64,000 nt of DNA from Mobula hypostoma (GCF_963921235.1 NC_086097.1:239322001-239386000), one strand, 5' to 3'. Counted from the stretch's first letter, positions 36,005 through 49,571 are shown. Made by a program: numbers and translations. The notes: a model not told the origin generated them from the sequence alone.

Positions 36005-37330
36005 GAGCTGATTGTGAACTGATTATGGACTTCAGAAAGGGTAAGATGACAGATCACACACTAGTTGTCAGAGAGGGATAGGAAGGTGAAAGTGGGCAAT
36101 TTCAAATTCCTGGGTGTTAATACCTCTGAGGATCTGTCATAGACCCAACATATCAGTACAGCTACAAAGAAGGTACATCAGCAGCTATTTCATTAAGGGG
36201 AGATTTGGTATGTCACAAAAGACACTCACAGATGTACCATCAAGAGCATTCTAACTGTCTATATCACCATCTAGTATGGGGGGGGCGGGGGGGGTCGATG
36301 AAAGCTGCAAAAAGCTGTGGGCTCAGTCAGTTCAATCATGGGCACCAACCTCCATAGCATCCTGAACATCTTCAAGGAGCAATGCCTCAAAAAGGCGGCA
36401 TCCATCTTTAAGGACCTTTATCACACAGGGTCATGCCTTATTCTCATTGCGACAAGCAGGAAGGAGGTACAGAAGACTGAAGGCACACACTCAATGATTC
36501 AGGAACAGCTTCTTGGCAGGAGGAGAAGATGGCAGCGTGACACAGCGTGCACAGCTCTCCGGTGAAATGATATCGTATCTGTAAGTAGGATGCCATGCAC
36601 AATTCTGATTTGATGGAGACAGACATGAGTAGCAGAGCAACACCTGGAGAAATCTCTGAGATGCCTGGTTCGCTGCTGCTGCTACCGTGCAATCGAGAAT
36701 CTCCGGAGCGAAGGCCCCAAAATCTCCGGCTTTGCCTGCTGTTGGCGACCAAGGCTGAGGTCGAAAGATTCGGCAGAGATGGTGTTCGGTACTCAGTGTC
36801 GGAGGGCTGATCGGAGCTCGAAGTTTTCGGACGGCTCAGAGTTGGACTGTGGTCGGGCATGGCAGGGAGAGATTTCTTCCTTCTCCCGTCTGCGTGAGAT
36901 GTGGGACCTTCGAGAGACTTTGAACTTTTTTACTGTGACCATGGCCTGTTCTTCATCAAGTTATGGTATTGTTGCACTGTTGTAACTATATGTTTTAATT
37001 ATGTGGTTTTGTTAGTTTTTCAGTCTTGGTCTGTCCTGTGTTTCTGTGATATCACACCAGAGGAATATTGTATCATTTCTTAATGCATGCATTACTAAAT
37101 GACAATAAAAGAGGACTGTGTGTCCTCATAATCTAATCTTCCCCTCTTCCTTTCTGCCATCTGATTTCTGAATGGACATTGAATCCATGAACACTACCTC
37201 ACTACATACAAACACATACCCATATATATTTACTGTAATTAACAGTTTTTTTAAAATCATCATCTACTGCATTGTGCTGCTAACGCAAAGACAAATTTCA
37301 CAACATATGCCGGTAATATTAACCCGATTC
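36005..37330 (+). mobile_element. Rex1/Babar LINE 3' part interrupted at about 36514-37138
   Basis: Collinear with the Rex1-like pieces at 12300-12449, 15187-15420 and 16082-16390. Confidence 0.75.
36514..37138 (+). mobile_element. Non-coding ~625-bp retroposed element with (taatc)n tail
   Basis: Splits the host at aggaacagcttctt|cccctct; starts near gagaagatggcagcg; ends aataaaagaggactgtgtgtcctcataatctaatc; a 5'-truncated copy lies on - at about 40731-41115. Confidence 0.7.
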
Positions 37331-38014
37331 TTATAGTTCTCAGTGCATATTGATATCACTTTCTACTATAATAAAGTCCTCAGTACTAGCTAGAAGTTCT
37401 AACCTGAGATGGAGTTAATAGTCTGGAAATTGTTACTCGTTTTGAACTGAACTACTGTGCTACCTGTGGGTAACTGAACAGTAATTGTCAAAGATCCATT
37501 TAGCACTCTGGTTTCACATTCATTTCTCCTCGGGTGCCAAATTACTGTTAAGGGGAAGTTTGTTCTGTGCCTGACAGATTTGTGGATGTTCAGAACAGTG
37601 AAGCTTGTTATTTCTGGCATAATGGATATTTTAATGGAAGGGGAGCGAAGAAATGATTTTGTGATCCAGCTCTGAGTCAGACTTGTATTAGTAATACTCT
37701 GATACAACCAGAACTTACATTTATCTGAAAGATGAGTTGCCATATTCTTCAGTTAAAGTATATACTCCTTTATTGTTAATACATGTAGGTTGTATTTTAT
37801 GCTGCACTAATATTGTAATTGGCTGAGGAACATTGCCATACAATGGAGCCTACTGTGTGTACCAACTGATAAATATCATGGTTCAGGAAAGATAAAAAGA
37901 CAGCAGAGCAGAGATCTGTTAGAATAGTTCCAGGGCCATATCAGAAAAGATTGAGCAGATGAGGCCAGTAATTTCTAGAGTTTAGAGGCTCTCCCCCGCC
38001 CCCAACCCCCCCAT

Positions 38015-38578
38015 CCTAACTGAGTTTTACAGGAGCACTGTTGAGAGCATCCTGACAAACTGCATCTCCATCTGGTTTGGACTGCAGAGCATCAGGCGAG
38101 AAGCCAAGACTGAGAATGGCCAAGAGGATCATAGTAGTCTTCCTACCATCCACCTGGGACTTTTATCAGAAGTGCTGCATACATACACAGAGCCCTTAAT
38201 ATTGTCAAGAATCCCACCCATCCATCCAGTATCCTCTTTGACTTTCTACCATCAATTAGGAGACTCGATGAATAAAGACGAGGATGGTTAGAATTGGGAA
38301 ACAGCTTTTTATCTTAGGCCATTAGGTTTCTGAACTCCCTGCCACATTGCAATGTGTCACCAGCTAATTTGTTCAGTATTCTACTATATTTATTTTATGC
38401 ACTTTACTTTGTTTGTCTATGGGGAATTCATTTGTAGATGTTATTCTTACTTTCCTACATTATTGTGTATTATATGTATGCTACTTGTACCACTGTGCTT
38501 TATACACTAGTCCGGAGAAAAGCTGTCTCGTTTGACGGTATACATGTATATAGTTAAATGACAATAACCTTCACTTAA
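38015..38578 (+). mobile_element. Rex1/Babar-like LINE 3' end (different subfamily)
   Basis: Encodes FYRSTVESILTNCISIWFG and HPSHP..LFDFLPS-like motifs; AT-rich 3' UTR. Confidence 0.65.
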
Positions 38579-38769
38579 TTTGAGAAGAATGAGAGGAGAT
38601 CTAATCTATCTTGATCAGTCAGGACGTGAGAGATTACAGGGAGAAGGCAGGACAATGGGGTTAAGAGGGAAATGGATCAGCCAGAATGAAATGGTAGAGC
38701 AGACGCAATGGGCTGAATGGCCTGATTCTGCCTTTATGTCTTCTGCTCTAAAACCTATCAGGAAAAACT

Positions 38770-39035
38770 GACACGGTAGTGTTGCGGGTACAATAATACT
38801 GTTACACTGCCAGAAACCTGGATTCAAGTCTTGCCACTGTCTTTACGGAGCTATGACCATGTGGGATTCCTCTGGGTGCTCTGGTTTCCTCCCACATTCC
38901 AAAAAGGTTTGGGTTAGGGTTAGTAGGGTATTTGGACAGATGGTTCTAATTCTATGACACAGGCTCTTTGAGCTGGAAGGAACAGTTACCATGCTGTATC
39001 TCTAAATAAGTAAGAAAAAGCAAAATAAATAAATA
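38770..39035 (+). mobile_element. V-SINE/HE1-like SINE
   Basis: gacacggtagtg head; gtgggattcctctgggtgctctggtttcctcccacattccaaa; (aaat)n tail. Confidence 0.65.
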
Positions 39036-39084
39036 AACTCTGTGCAGGGCTTAACAGACTGAAAGTGGTGGGAAGGGGTGATGA

Positions 39085-40645
39085 GACCACAAAGCATAGA
39101 GCAGAACTAGGCCATTCAGATCGAATTTGCTTACCATTCCATTATGACTGATTTGTTATCCATGTCAATCCCATTCTCCTGTCTTCTCCCTGTAACCTTT
39201 CATGCTTTACTGATTAAGAACCTATCAACCTTTGCTTTAAATATACCCAATGACTTGCCCTTCCCAGTGATCCATGGCAATGGATTTCCCAGATTCACCA
39301 TCCTCTGGCAAAATAAATTCCTCCTTATCTCTTTTATTATGAGACTGTGCCCTCTGGTTCTAGACTAGCCCACGATAAGAAACATCCTTCCAATCCACTC
39401 CATCTAGCCCTTTCAATATTTAATAGGTTTCAATTAGATTCCTCCTCATTCTTCTAGACCACAGTGAGTACAGGTCCAGAGCCATCATATGCTCCTCATA
39501 CTGGCCTCTCAATCCCAGAATCATTCTCACAAACCTCCACTGGACACTCTCCAATACCAACACATCTAGATAAAGGGCCAAAAACCACTCACAATACTCC
39601 AAGTGTGGTTAAATCAATGACTTATAGAGCCTCTGCTGTTCTGCGATACATGCGATCTTTCGTATAATACCATGGCCTCTTACTTTGTTTATCGGTCTCA
39701 CGTGTGCCACCTTGTCAGAGGCCTTCTAAAAATCCAAGCAAACAACATCCACTGACCTTCCTTTGTGAATACAATCTGTTATTACCTCAAAGAATTCCAA
39801 CAGGTTTATCAGGCAATATTTCCCTTTAAGGAAACCATGCTGACTTTGGCCTATTTTATTATTTTCACGGCAAATGTGAGTGATATTAAACCTGCTTCTG
39901 ATGTGCCTCCAAGTATACCGAAACCTTATCTTTAATAGTGGACTCCAACTCTTACCAACCACTGAAGTCAGGCTAACTGGCCTATAATTTCCCATCTTTT
40001 ACTATCATCCCTTCTTAAAGGGTGAAGTGACATTTGTAATTTTCCAGTCCTCCGGAACCATTCTAGGATCTAGTGATTCATGAAAAACCATTACTAATGC
40101 CTCCAGAATCTGTTCATCTACCTTTTTCTAAACCCTGGAGTGTAATCCATCTGGTTCAGGTGACTTATCTACCTCAGACCTTTCAGTTTCCCATGCACCT
40201 ACTCTTTAATAATAGCAACTACACTCACTTCTGCCCTCTGACACACTAATTTTTGGCACATTGTAGGTAAATTCCAGTGAAGGCTTATGCAAAATAGTTC
40301 TGAAGTTCATCCACTATTTCTTTGTCCCCCATCACTAATGATCCAGAGTCATTTTCCACTGGGTCCAATATCCACCCTCACCTTTCTTGTACTCTTTATA
40401 TATCTGAAAAAAATCTGGTATCTTCTTTTATATTATTGGCTAGCTTACCTTCATATTTAAAATTTTTGCTCCTTATTGCTTTTTCAGTTGTCTTTTGATT
40501 TTTAAAAGCTTTCCAATCCTTGAACTCCCATTTCTTTTTGTTATATTATATACCCTCTCTTTTGCTTTCATGTTGCCTTTTACATTTTTGCCAGCCACGG
40601 TTACCTCATCCTCCTTTTACTACTTCTTTAGGATGTATCCATCTT
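39085..40645 (-). mobile_element. Degraded CR1 LINE with internal deletion
   Basis: ORFs 39726 ([18 protein letters not shown]) and 39420. Confidence 0.85.
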
Positions 40646-40730
40646 TGGGTAGGTGTGTGTGGGGGAGGGGCATGTTTCCTCTGACTGAAAAGTCAAAAAC
40701 TACAGGTCACGGTCAGATTGAAGAATAACT

Positions 40731-41115
40731 CGATTAGATTATGAGGACATGCAGTCCTCCTTTATTGTCATTTAGTAAGGCATGCATTAAGAAATGATAC
40801 AATATTCTTCCGTTGTGATATTACAGAAACACAGGACAGACCAAGACTGAAAAACTGACAAAAACCACATAATTATAACATATAGTTACAACAGTGCAAG
40901 CAATACCGTAACTTGATGAAGAACAGGCCGTGAGCACGGTAAAAAAGTTCAAAGTCTGTCAAAAGTCCCATATTTCACACAGACGGGAGAAGGAAGAAAA
41001 CTCTCCCTGCCATACCCGACCACAGTCCGACTCAGTCGTCCGAAAACTTCGAGCCTCCGATCAGCCCTCCGGCACCGAGCACCATCCCTGCCGAACGCTT
41101 CGACTCCAGCCCCGG
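40731..41115 (-). mobile_element. 5'-truncated copy of the 36514-37138 element
   Basis: gattagattatgaggacatgcagtcctcctttattgtcatttag.. is the reverse complement of about 36760-37138. Confidence 0.75.
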
Positions 41116-41151
41116 AGGAAGACAAGGAGAGGTTTCTTCACCTATGCTATT

Positions 41152-41530
41152 TGGGGCACGGTAGTGCAGTGGTAGGCACGTGTGCTTTACAGTACCAGTG
41201 ACCCGGGTTCAATTCCTTTCTCTGTCTGCAAAGAGTTTGTACATTCTCCCCTTGACCACGTGGATTTCCTCCCTATGCTTCGGTTTCGTCCCACTCTCCA
41301 AAGACATACGTTCAATCCAGCACGGAGGGAAAGCGGGCAGGGAGCCAGCAGGATTCAAACTCGCGACCATTCACCTTGAAGTCTGCTGCCGATGCCACTA
41401 CACCACCAGGTCTAGAAGTGGTCACTGTAAATTGTCCTGTGATTATAGGAGATAAATAATTGGGCTGCTGGATGGTGTGGCTCAAATGGGCTGGAAGAGC
41501 CTTTTCAATGCCTGCATCTCAACAAGTAAG
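41152..41530 (+). mobile_element. V-SINE/HE1-like SINE with a nested small SINE piece (about 41310-41410, -)
   Basis: ggggcacggtagtgcagtggt A box, ggttcaattcc B box, V-domain-like body. Confidence 0.7.
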
Positions 41531-41849
41531 TAAATTACCTTTAACCCAGGGGTCCGTGGACCCCAGTTTGGGAATTTCTGACCTACAGCATGGAAAAACT
41601 TTGGAATACTTTGGTCCATGGGTCTGTGGAGGTTCAATCATAAATTTATTCCAAACATAGATTAATTTATGAATTTGAAGGGCATTAAAAGAACAGAGGA
41701 CATGCAGGACATTTGAGATGGGATGAAAAATCAAAAGTAGGGCAAACTCAGTCAAGTTGTCTTTTTTCTGGCTACTATTTATTTCATTCTTAAGCTTTGA
41801 GATAACAATGAAAGGGAGCTAAAAATTTTTAAAAAATAGCACTTTATTA

Positions 41850-42132
41850 ACCACATTTAGAGTGAAACATTGAAACGTACAGTGAAATGCAACGACTGAC
41901 ACAGTCCGCTGACTGTGCTGGGAACAGCCTGCAAGTGTCACCATGCTTCGAGCGTAGCATGCCCGCAGGCTACTAACCCTAACGTGTACGTCTTGGGAAT
42001 GTGGGAGGAAAATGGAGCACCCGGAGAAAACCTAGCCATGGGGAGAACTTACAAATTCCTTACCGAGGACTGCAGGAATTGAAACCTGAGCGGTGATTGC
42101 TGACACTGTATTGACCACGTCGCTACTGTGCC
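41850..42132 (-). mobile_element. V-SINE/HE1-like SINE
   Basis: ggaatgtgggaggaaaatggagcacccggagaaaacc is the V-domain-like segment reversed; head cggcacagtagcg on -. Confidence 0.65.
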
Positions 42133-42904
42133 GCACTACAACCAGAATGTTTGTAACTGAAATTCCCAAGCAACAGTGAACCTGCCGCCCTACTTTCTGA
42201 AGGGAAGTATGCCTACGACTGCTTGGATTTCACCGCCAATATTGTATCCACTTGTATTCATTATGACTGTTCAGTGTTGAAGTCTGCACATCCAGTTCTG
42301 AAATACAAAGTTTAGTCCACTTCTTGTTGTGGTTGCCGTCATAAAATAATAGCAGAACTCATGGGAGTTTCAGCTTATTGGGTTTGGGAAAAATAAGAAA
42401 TTGGGAGCTTTTTCAGCTGCGGAGAGGGATGATGGTGGAGAGAGCAGAGAGAATGCCCGTGTTAACTCCAAGATGGTCCAGGTATTCCTTTTTAGCACAG
42501 AGATGCAGATAGAAATGTACGAATGTTAATTCAAGTGATAAATCTGAAGGGTGCAAATAAAGGAATGAGGACAGTCAAAAAGAAACTAAATAAACATGCT
42601 GAAACTGTGTGATAGAGAACACAGCAGGAAGGATAATACTAGAAATGCAGGCGATCAGGTAGCATTACTGATGCGAGAACAACAGCACCGTCACTATTCC
42701 CCTTTCCTCCCCCTTTAACCATACCCAATTTCTCCTATTTACACTCCTTCTGGAAGTTCTTCCATCTTTTTCAATCACTCTCCATCTCCTGGCACATTCC
42801 CTGCAAATTTCCCCATGCCTGCCCTTTCAACCTTATCTCTTCTCAGCACCGAGGGACCCAAATACTGCTTCCGGTTACGCTCACAGTGCATTCAACTTAT
42901 TGTA

Positions 42905-44298
42905 TCTTACGGGGTGTTCATGAAGTGAAAAGAAGGACTAGTGGAACACTCTGGTTTCCTTGGCCGCGTAAGTCTACAGAAGACAATCTCTGGCCCTGCC
43001 AAACGTGTGAGATTGAGGTGCAAGCCCACCCCAAAACCCCGTTTGTGTGGATGCTGTGTCAGTCGCTGCCCTGTTATAAATTAATGTCACGAAATAACAG
43101 ACAGCACACTGCATACGATTAAAGGAATTATATTTATGAATCTTAACTGAAGAGTTAGTAAAGATTAACAAAAAGGACCCATCCTAATTAAACAGTCAAA
43201 TATGCACAAGCTGGAGCTCATCTTGGACTTCTCTGTCACTCACACACTGGGCCCTTGGTCAACGTGAAAGCACACACCCTCTTCCGAAAGTTGCTCGCAA
43301 TCCATCTCCAACAAACGGGTCTCCCACCAGATCATATGCTATGACCGGTTCTCCTCAGCGTCTTCTCTCAAACAGAAGTCCAAGACCAACCTTATCATCC
43401 CTCACCAAGAAAACCCTCCTGCTAATTGGATGACACATATTCCACATCATCCCTTATCTTCAACAATAAATGGGGAAAGAATTCAAAGTTCTGAGATGCA
43501 ACGGGACTTGGGAGTCCTCGTACAGGATACCCTTAAAGTTAACCTCCAGGTTGAGTCAGTAGTGAAGAAGGCGAATGCAATGTTGGCATTCATGTCTAGA
43601 GGAATAGAGTATAGGAGCAAGGATGATGTTGAGGCTCTATAAGGCACTGGTGAGACCTCACTTGGAGTACTGTGGACTGTTTTGGTCTCCTTATTTAAGA
43701 AAGGATGTGCTGACGTTAGAGAGGGTACAGAGAAGATTCACTAGAATGATTCCAGGAATGAGAGGGATAGCATATGAGGAACGTTTGTCCACTCTTGGAC
43801 TGTATTCCTTGGAGTTTAGAAGAATGAAGGGAGACCTCAATAGAAACATTTTGAATGTTAAAAGGCATGGACAGAGTGGATGTGGCAAAGTTGTTTCCCA
43901 TGATGGGGAAGTCTAGTACGAGAGGGCATGACTTCAGGATTGAAGGGCGCCCTTTCAGAACAGAAATGCGAAGAAATTTTTTTGGTCAGAGGGTGGTGAA
44001 TCTATGGAATTTGTTGCCACGGGCAGCAGTGGAGGCCAAGTCATTGGGTGTATTTAATGCAGAGATTGATAGGTATCTGAGTAGCCAGGGCATCAAAGGT
44101 TATGTTGAGAAGGCAAGGGAGTGGGACTAAGTAGGAGAATGGATCAGCTCATGATAAAATGACAGAGCAGACTTGATGGGCCGAATGGCCTACTTCTGCT
44201 CCTTTGTCGTATGGTCTTATGGTCTTATAACCCAAACAGGCCGAAAGCAAAAGAAACAGCTCTTATAGAGCTGCTAAATGAAATACCCACAGCGTAAG
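42905..44298. mobile_element. Probable solo LTR interrupted by CR1 at about 43470-44228
   Basis: cagacagcacactgcatacgatt..tttatgaatctta is similar to about 63755-63805; no ORF. LTR identity is inferred. Confidence 0.45.
43470..44228 (+). mobile_element. CR1 3' end
   Basis: ORFs 43430, 43623 and 43855; (tatggtct)n tail. Confidence 0.9.
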
Positions 44299-45807
44299 AT
44301 TGCTGAGCCTCTGGCTAGAATCTTTATGTCCTTGTTGTCCACGGGCATGGTACCGGAGGACTGGAGAATAGAGCATGTTCTATGTAACATTAAAGATGTG
44401 AGCCAGAGCATTAGACTAGAATTAGAGGTCATAGGTTAATGCTGAAAGATGAAATGCTTAAGGGGAATCTGAGGGGGAACTTCTTTACTCTGAGTGTGGT
44501 GCTAGTGTGGAATGAGCTGCCAGCTGCCATAGGTTTTAAGAGAAGTTTGGATAAATACATGGAAGGGGGAGGTAGGGAGGGTTATGGTCCAGGTGCAGGC
44601 TCAAGTGACTAGGCAGGATAACAGTTCAGCATGGAGTAAATGAACTGAAGGACTTTTTTTCTGTGCTGCAGTGCTCTTCAACTCTCCTTTACACTGGGTA
44701 AAAACATCACAGAACAGCTTCACTGAATCTGCAAGGGTAATCTTGAGCATCCAGTTGCCTGCTTATTTAAAAACCTTCTTCCAAAACTCGCTCTGCTGCT
44801 GCATTTTTAAGTGTGGTGATCTCTGGTTTATTACTTCTGGTACATGCTAGCAAGGTCAGAAATTGGAAAACAGGCCAAATGAATGCATGGATGGGCAGCT
44901 GGTACAGGGAGTAAGGATTCAGGTTCTTGGATTATTGGGTATTTCTAGGGTAGAAGCAGCCTGTACAAGAGGGATTGTCTCACTTAAAAGGGGCCAGGCT
45001 AATTTTCTAATGCTATATGGAAGGGTTTAAGCTAAATTGGCAGGGTGTGGACTCTGAGCAGAAGCAAATCATGGGATAAAGTAGTAGACAAGAGAGAGCA
45101 GATATAGTAATCGGAATAGCCAGAAGCGCAGTAAAGGGAGGGAAAGGAATAGTTAATTGAACTACATTTATTTCAATGAACAAGGATTAATGAGTGAAGT
45201 GGACAAACTCACTCTGGGGCTTGGGATATCATAGCCACGAAGCGGAGGTTGCACTATAGACTTTCCAATAGTCAGCAGAAACTTGAGGAGCAGGTGTGCA
45301 GAGAAATTGCTCATAGTTGTAAGAATTGTAGGTTTGTAGTTGTGGAAGATTTTAATTTCCTTGGTATTGACTGAACCACACAGAACGTTAAGACCTTGCT
45401 GTTCATTTTTGCACCTTGTGGCACATCGTGCAGCACTTTTGCTTTTTATGAGGCTGAGTTGCGAGCTCAATGCTCAACCCAGCATGGATGGAAAGCGGGC
45501 AGGGAGCCGGACAGCTTGTAAAGGTCTAGAAGTGGATATATTTACAAATTTCACCAGGAAGATTTCCAAATTCAATATACTGAAAACCCTACCCAAGAGG
45601 ATGCAATACTGGACATACTCTTGGGCAACAAGGCAGGCAGAGTAACTGAAAGGTCACTTTTCAAAAGACTCTGGTGACCATAATTCTTTTAGTTTTAAGG
45701 TATTGAAAAGGTTCTAAAATGAAGCAGGGCTAATTGTACGGAAATTAGGCAGGAACTGGTAGAGGTCCATTGGGAGAGCCTGTTTGAAGCAAAAGGAACA
45801 AATGACA

Positions 45808-48003
45808 TAGAACATAGAATAGTACAGCACAGTACAGGCCCTTCGGCCCACAATGTTGTGCTGACCCTCAAACCCTGCCTCCCATATAAGCCCCCATCTT
45901 AAATTCCTCCATATACCTGTCTAGTAGTCTCTTAAACTTCACTAGTGTATCTGCCTCCACCACTGACACAGGCAGTGCATTCCACACACCAACCACTCTC
46001 TGAGTAAAAAACCTTCCTTTAATATCCCCCTTGAACTTCCCACCCCTTACCTTAAAGCCATGTCCTCTTGTATTGAGCAGTGGTGCCCTGGGGAAGAGGC
46101 GCTGGCTATCCACTCTGTCTATTCCTCTTATTATCTTGTATACCTCTATCATGTCTCCTCTCATCCTCCTTCTCTCCAAAGAGTAAAGCTCTAGCCCCCT
46201 TAATCTCCGATCATAATGCATACTCTCTAAACCAGGCAGCATCCTGGTAAATCTCCTCTGTACCCTTTCCAATGCTTCCACATCCTTCCTATAGTGAGGT
46301 GACCAGAACTGGACACAGTACTCCAAGTGTGGCCTAATCAGAGTTTTATAGAGCTGCATCATTACATCGCGACTCTTAAACTCTATCCCTCGACTTATGA
46401 AAACTAACACCCCATAAGCTTTCTTAACTACCCTATCTACCTGTGAGGCAACTTTCAGGGATCTGTGGACATGTACCCCGTGATCCCTCTGCTCCTCCAA
46501 ATATCCTGCTATTTACTTTGTACTCTGCCTTGGAGTTTGTCCTTCCAAAGTGTACCACCTCACTCTTCTGCAGGTTGAACTCCATCTGCCACTTCTCAGC
46601 CCACTTCTGCATCCTATCAATGTCTCTCTGCAATCTTTGACAATCCTCTACACTATCTACAACACCACCAACCTTAGTGTCATCTGCAAACTTGCCAACC
46701 CACCCTTCTACACCCACATCCGGGTTGTTAATAAAAATCACGAAAAGTAGAGGTCCCAGAACAGATCCTTGTGGGACACCACTAGTCACAATCCTCCAAT
46801 ACGAATGTACTCCCTCCACCACGACCCTCTGCCTTCTGCAGGCAAGCCAATTCTGAATCCACCTGGCCAAACTTCCCTGGATCCCATGCCTTCTGACTTT
46901 CTGAATAAGCCTACCATGTGGAACCTTGTCAAATGCTTTACTAAAATCAATATAGATTGCATCCACTGCATTACCCTCATCTATATGCCTGGTCACCTCC
47001 TCAAAGAACTCTATCAGGCTTGTTAGACATGATCTGCCTTTCACAAAACCATGCTGACTGTCCCTGATCAGACCATGATTCTCTAAATTCCCAGAGATCC
47101 TATCTCTAATAATCTTTTCCAACAGCTTTCCCACCACAGACGTAAGGCTCACTGTTCTATAATTACCCAGACTATCCCTACTACCTTTTTTGAACAAGGG
47201 GACAACATTTACCTCCCTCCAATTCTCCGGTACCATTCCCGTGGACCACAAGGATATAAAGATCCTAGCCAGAGGCTCAGCAATCTCTTCCCTCGCCTCG
47301 TGCAGCAGCCTAGGGAATATTCCGTCAGGCCCTAGGGACTTATCCGTCCTAATGTATTTTGACAACTACAACACCTCCCCTCTCTTAATATCAATATGCT
47401 CCAGAACATCAACCTCACTCGTATTTTCCTCACCATCAAGTTCCCTCTCATTGGTGAATACCAAAGAGAAGTATTCATTGAGGATCTCGCTCACTTCCAT
47501 AGCCTCCAGGCACATCTTCCCACCGTTACCTTTAATTGGTCCTACCTTCACTCCTGTCATCCTTTTTTTCTTCACATAATTGAATGCCTTGGGGTTTTCC
47601 TTTACCCTACTTGCCAAGGCCTTCCCATGCCCCCTTCTTGCTCTTCTCAGCCCCTTAAGCTCCTTTCTTGCTTCCCTATATTCCTCAACAGACCCACCTG
47701 ATCCTTGCTTCCTAAACCTCATGTATGCTGTCTTCTTCCCCCTGACTAGATTTTCCACCTCACTTGTCACCCAATGTTCCTTCACCCTACCATTCTTTAT
47801 CTTCCTCACCCGGACAAATTTATCCCTAACATCCTGCAAGAGATCTCTAAACATCGACCACATGTCCATGGTACATTTCCCTGCAAAAACATCATCCCAA
47901 TTCACACCCGCAAGTTCTAGCCTTATAGCCTCATAGCCTCATAATTTGCCCTTTCCCAATTAAAAATTTTCCTGTCCTCTCTGATTCTATCCTTTTCCAT
48001 GAT
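45808..48003 (-). mobile_element. CR1 LINE ORF2 (relatively young, frameshifted)
   Basis: ORFs 47366, 46433 ([24 protein letters not shown]) and 45868; (catagaa)n tail; 7-bp TSD aatgaca (45801-07 / 48004-10). Confidence 0.93.
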
Positions 48004-48274
48004 AATGACAAGTGGGAAATTTTCAAAGAGATCAAAAACCCAGGGGCAGCAGATTCCAGATAAACCTAGTAAGTTAAAATGATAGAGATATTGAGGCTCT
48101 GGTCGAGAAAATGAAAGAAGCATATATATTGGGTTCAGGAGACTGGAGGTGAGTCAACCTCTTGATGCCTATAAAGGATTAAGAATTCATGGATCTGGTG
48201 AGTAAGGGTAAGGAAAATCCTAAGAAGTTGCATAGCTACAGCATATTAAGAGTTAAAGAGCGGCTAGATTCTGA

Positions 48275-49280
48275 GAGATCAACATGGCTGTCTATGTCTT
48301 AAGTCACAGGAAGTGGGTGGGATTTTTAACAAATATGCGGTTGAGAGAAAAGTGACCTGGGCTGATCTTTGGAAAGCTGAACCACACCGCATCCAATTTC
48401 TCATCCAGGCAGTGTACGATGTGCTTCCAAGCCCATCAAACCTGCACACATGGGGCAAGGCAGAGTCATCTGCGTGCCCACTGTGCTCCAAGCGAGGAAC
48501 CCTGGAGAACATCCTCAGCGGCTGTGCAAGGGCACTTGGTGAGGGACGGTACAGGTGGAGGCATGATCAGGTCCTGAAGACCATCGCTGAAGCTGTCAGT
48601 GCAGGAGTTGAGTGGGCAAAGTGGTCCCGACCCTCCAAGCAGACCATTGCCTTTGTCAGAGCTGGGGAGCAGCCAATACTTGCCAAAAGAACATCTGCAG
48701 GCATTCTGACCTCTGCAAGGGACTAGCAGCTGTTGGTGGACCTCGAACGGCAGCTGATGTTCCTCAACCATATTGCAGCCACCACCCTGCGACCAGACAT
48801 TGTCCTAGTGTCTGAGTCTACTAAGCAAGCGGTGCTGCTGGAGCTGACAGTCCCATGGGAAGATAGCTTGGAGGAGGCCTTTGAAAGGAAGCTCTCCAAG
48901 TACGCAGGACTGGTCAGCAGCTGTCAGCAGGCTGGATGGAGAGCAAGGTGTCTTCCAGTGGAGGTTGGTTGTAGGGGATTCACAGCCTGTTCCTTAGTTA
49001 GAGCCTTCAGCATTTTGGGCATCGAGGGAGAGAGGAAGAGGAGAGCCATCCACAGTACCACCGATGCGACAGAGAGGGCCTCAAGATGGCTGTGGCATAA
49101 AAGAGCGGAGCATGGAGTCATAAGTAGCTAGCCGTCTGGACACAAGCTGGTGTCTGATCAGCCCCGGCTGGGTCACCTGGAGGAGGGTGTATGATGTTGA
49201 AAGACCTGAAACTCCGGATGATTCCAGGAACATCACTGAAGATGTGTCCAGAGGCATCAGTAGATGTATGTACACAGCTC
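48275..49280 (+). mobile_element. Hero-like non-LTR retrotransposon 3' end with restriction-like endonuclease
   Basis: CPLCSKRGTLENILSGC zinc knuckle (H replaced by N), YRWRHDQVL, LRPDIVL..LLELTVPWE..ERKLSKY, VEVGCRGF (PD-(D/E)xK RLE); one in-frame stop at 48724-26. Confidence 0.85.
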
Positions 49281-49451
49281 CTTATCATTAACTGAGATAA
49301 GGGAAGAAAGAGGAGATGTTATGGAGAATATTCATATTGTATGATTTTCTGAATGAAAACATGCCAGAGTTGATTTATGTGCTTAACTAAAGCTGCAGCC
49401 CTTCACTTCCACAATGAACAAACCAAAAGCAGTAGCCTTACACAGACAACA

Positions 49452-49571
49452 GGAATTCTGCAGATGCTGGAAATTCAAGCAACACACATCAAAGTTGCTG
49501 GTGAATGCAGCAGGCTAGGCAGCATCTGTAGGAAGAGGTGCAGTCGACGTTTCAGGCCGAGACCCTTCGTC
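49452..49571 (-). mobile_element. 120-bp Penelope-derived pLTR mini-insertion with hammerhead core
   Basis: 18-bp direct repeat agccttacacagacaaca (49434-51 / 49572-89); minus strand CTGACGAagggtctcggcctGAAAcgtcgac. Confidence 0.8.

Noticed and set aside
37399..37743. 114-aa ORF in unique sequence
   Set aside because: No recognisable motif, and the length is compatible with chance.
41535..41640. hAT-like MITE pieces (also about 27443-27520)
   Set aside because: The TIR-like ends are too degraded and no 8-bp TSD is visible.
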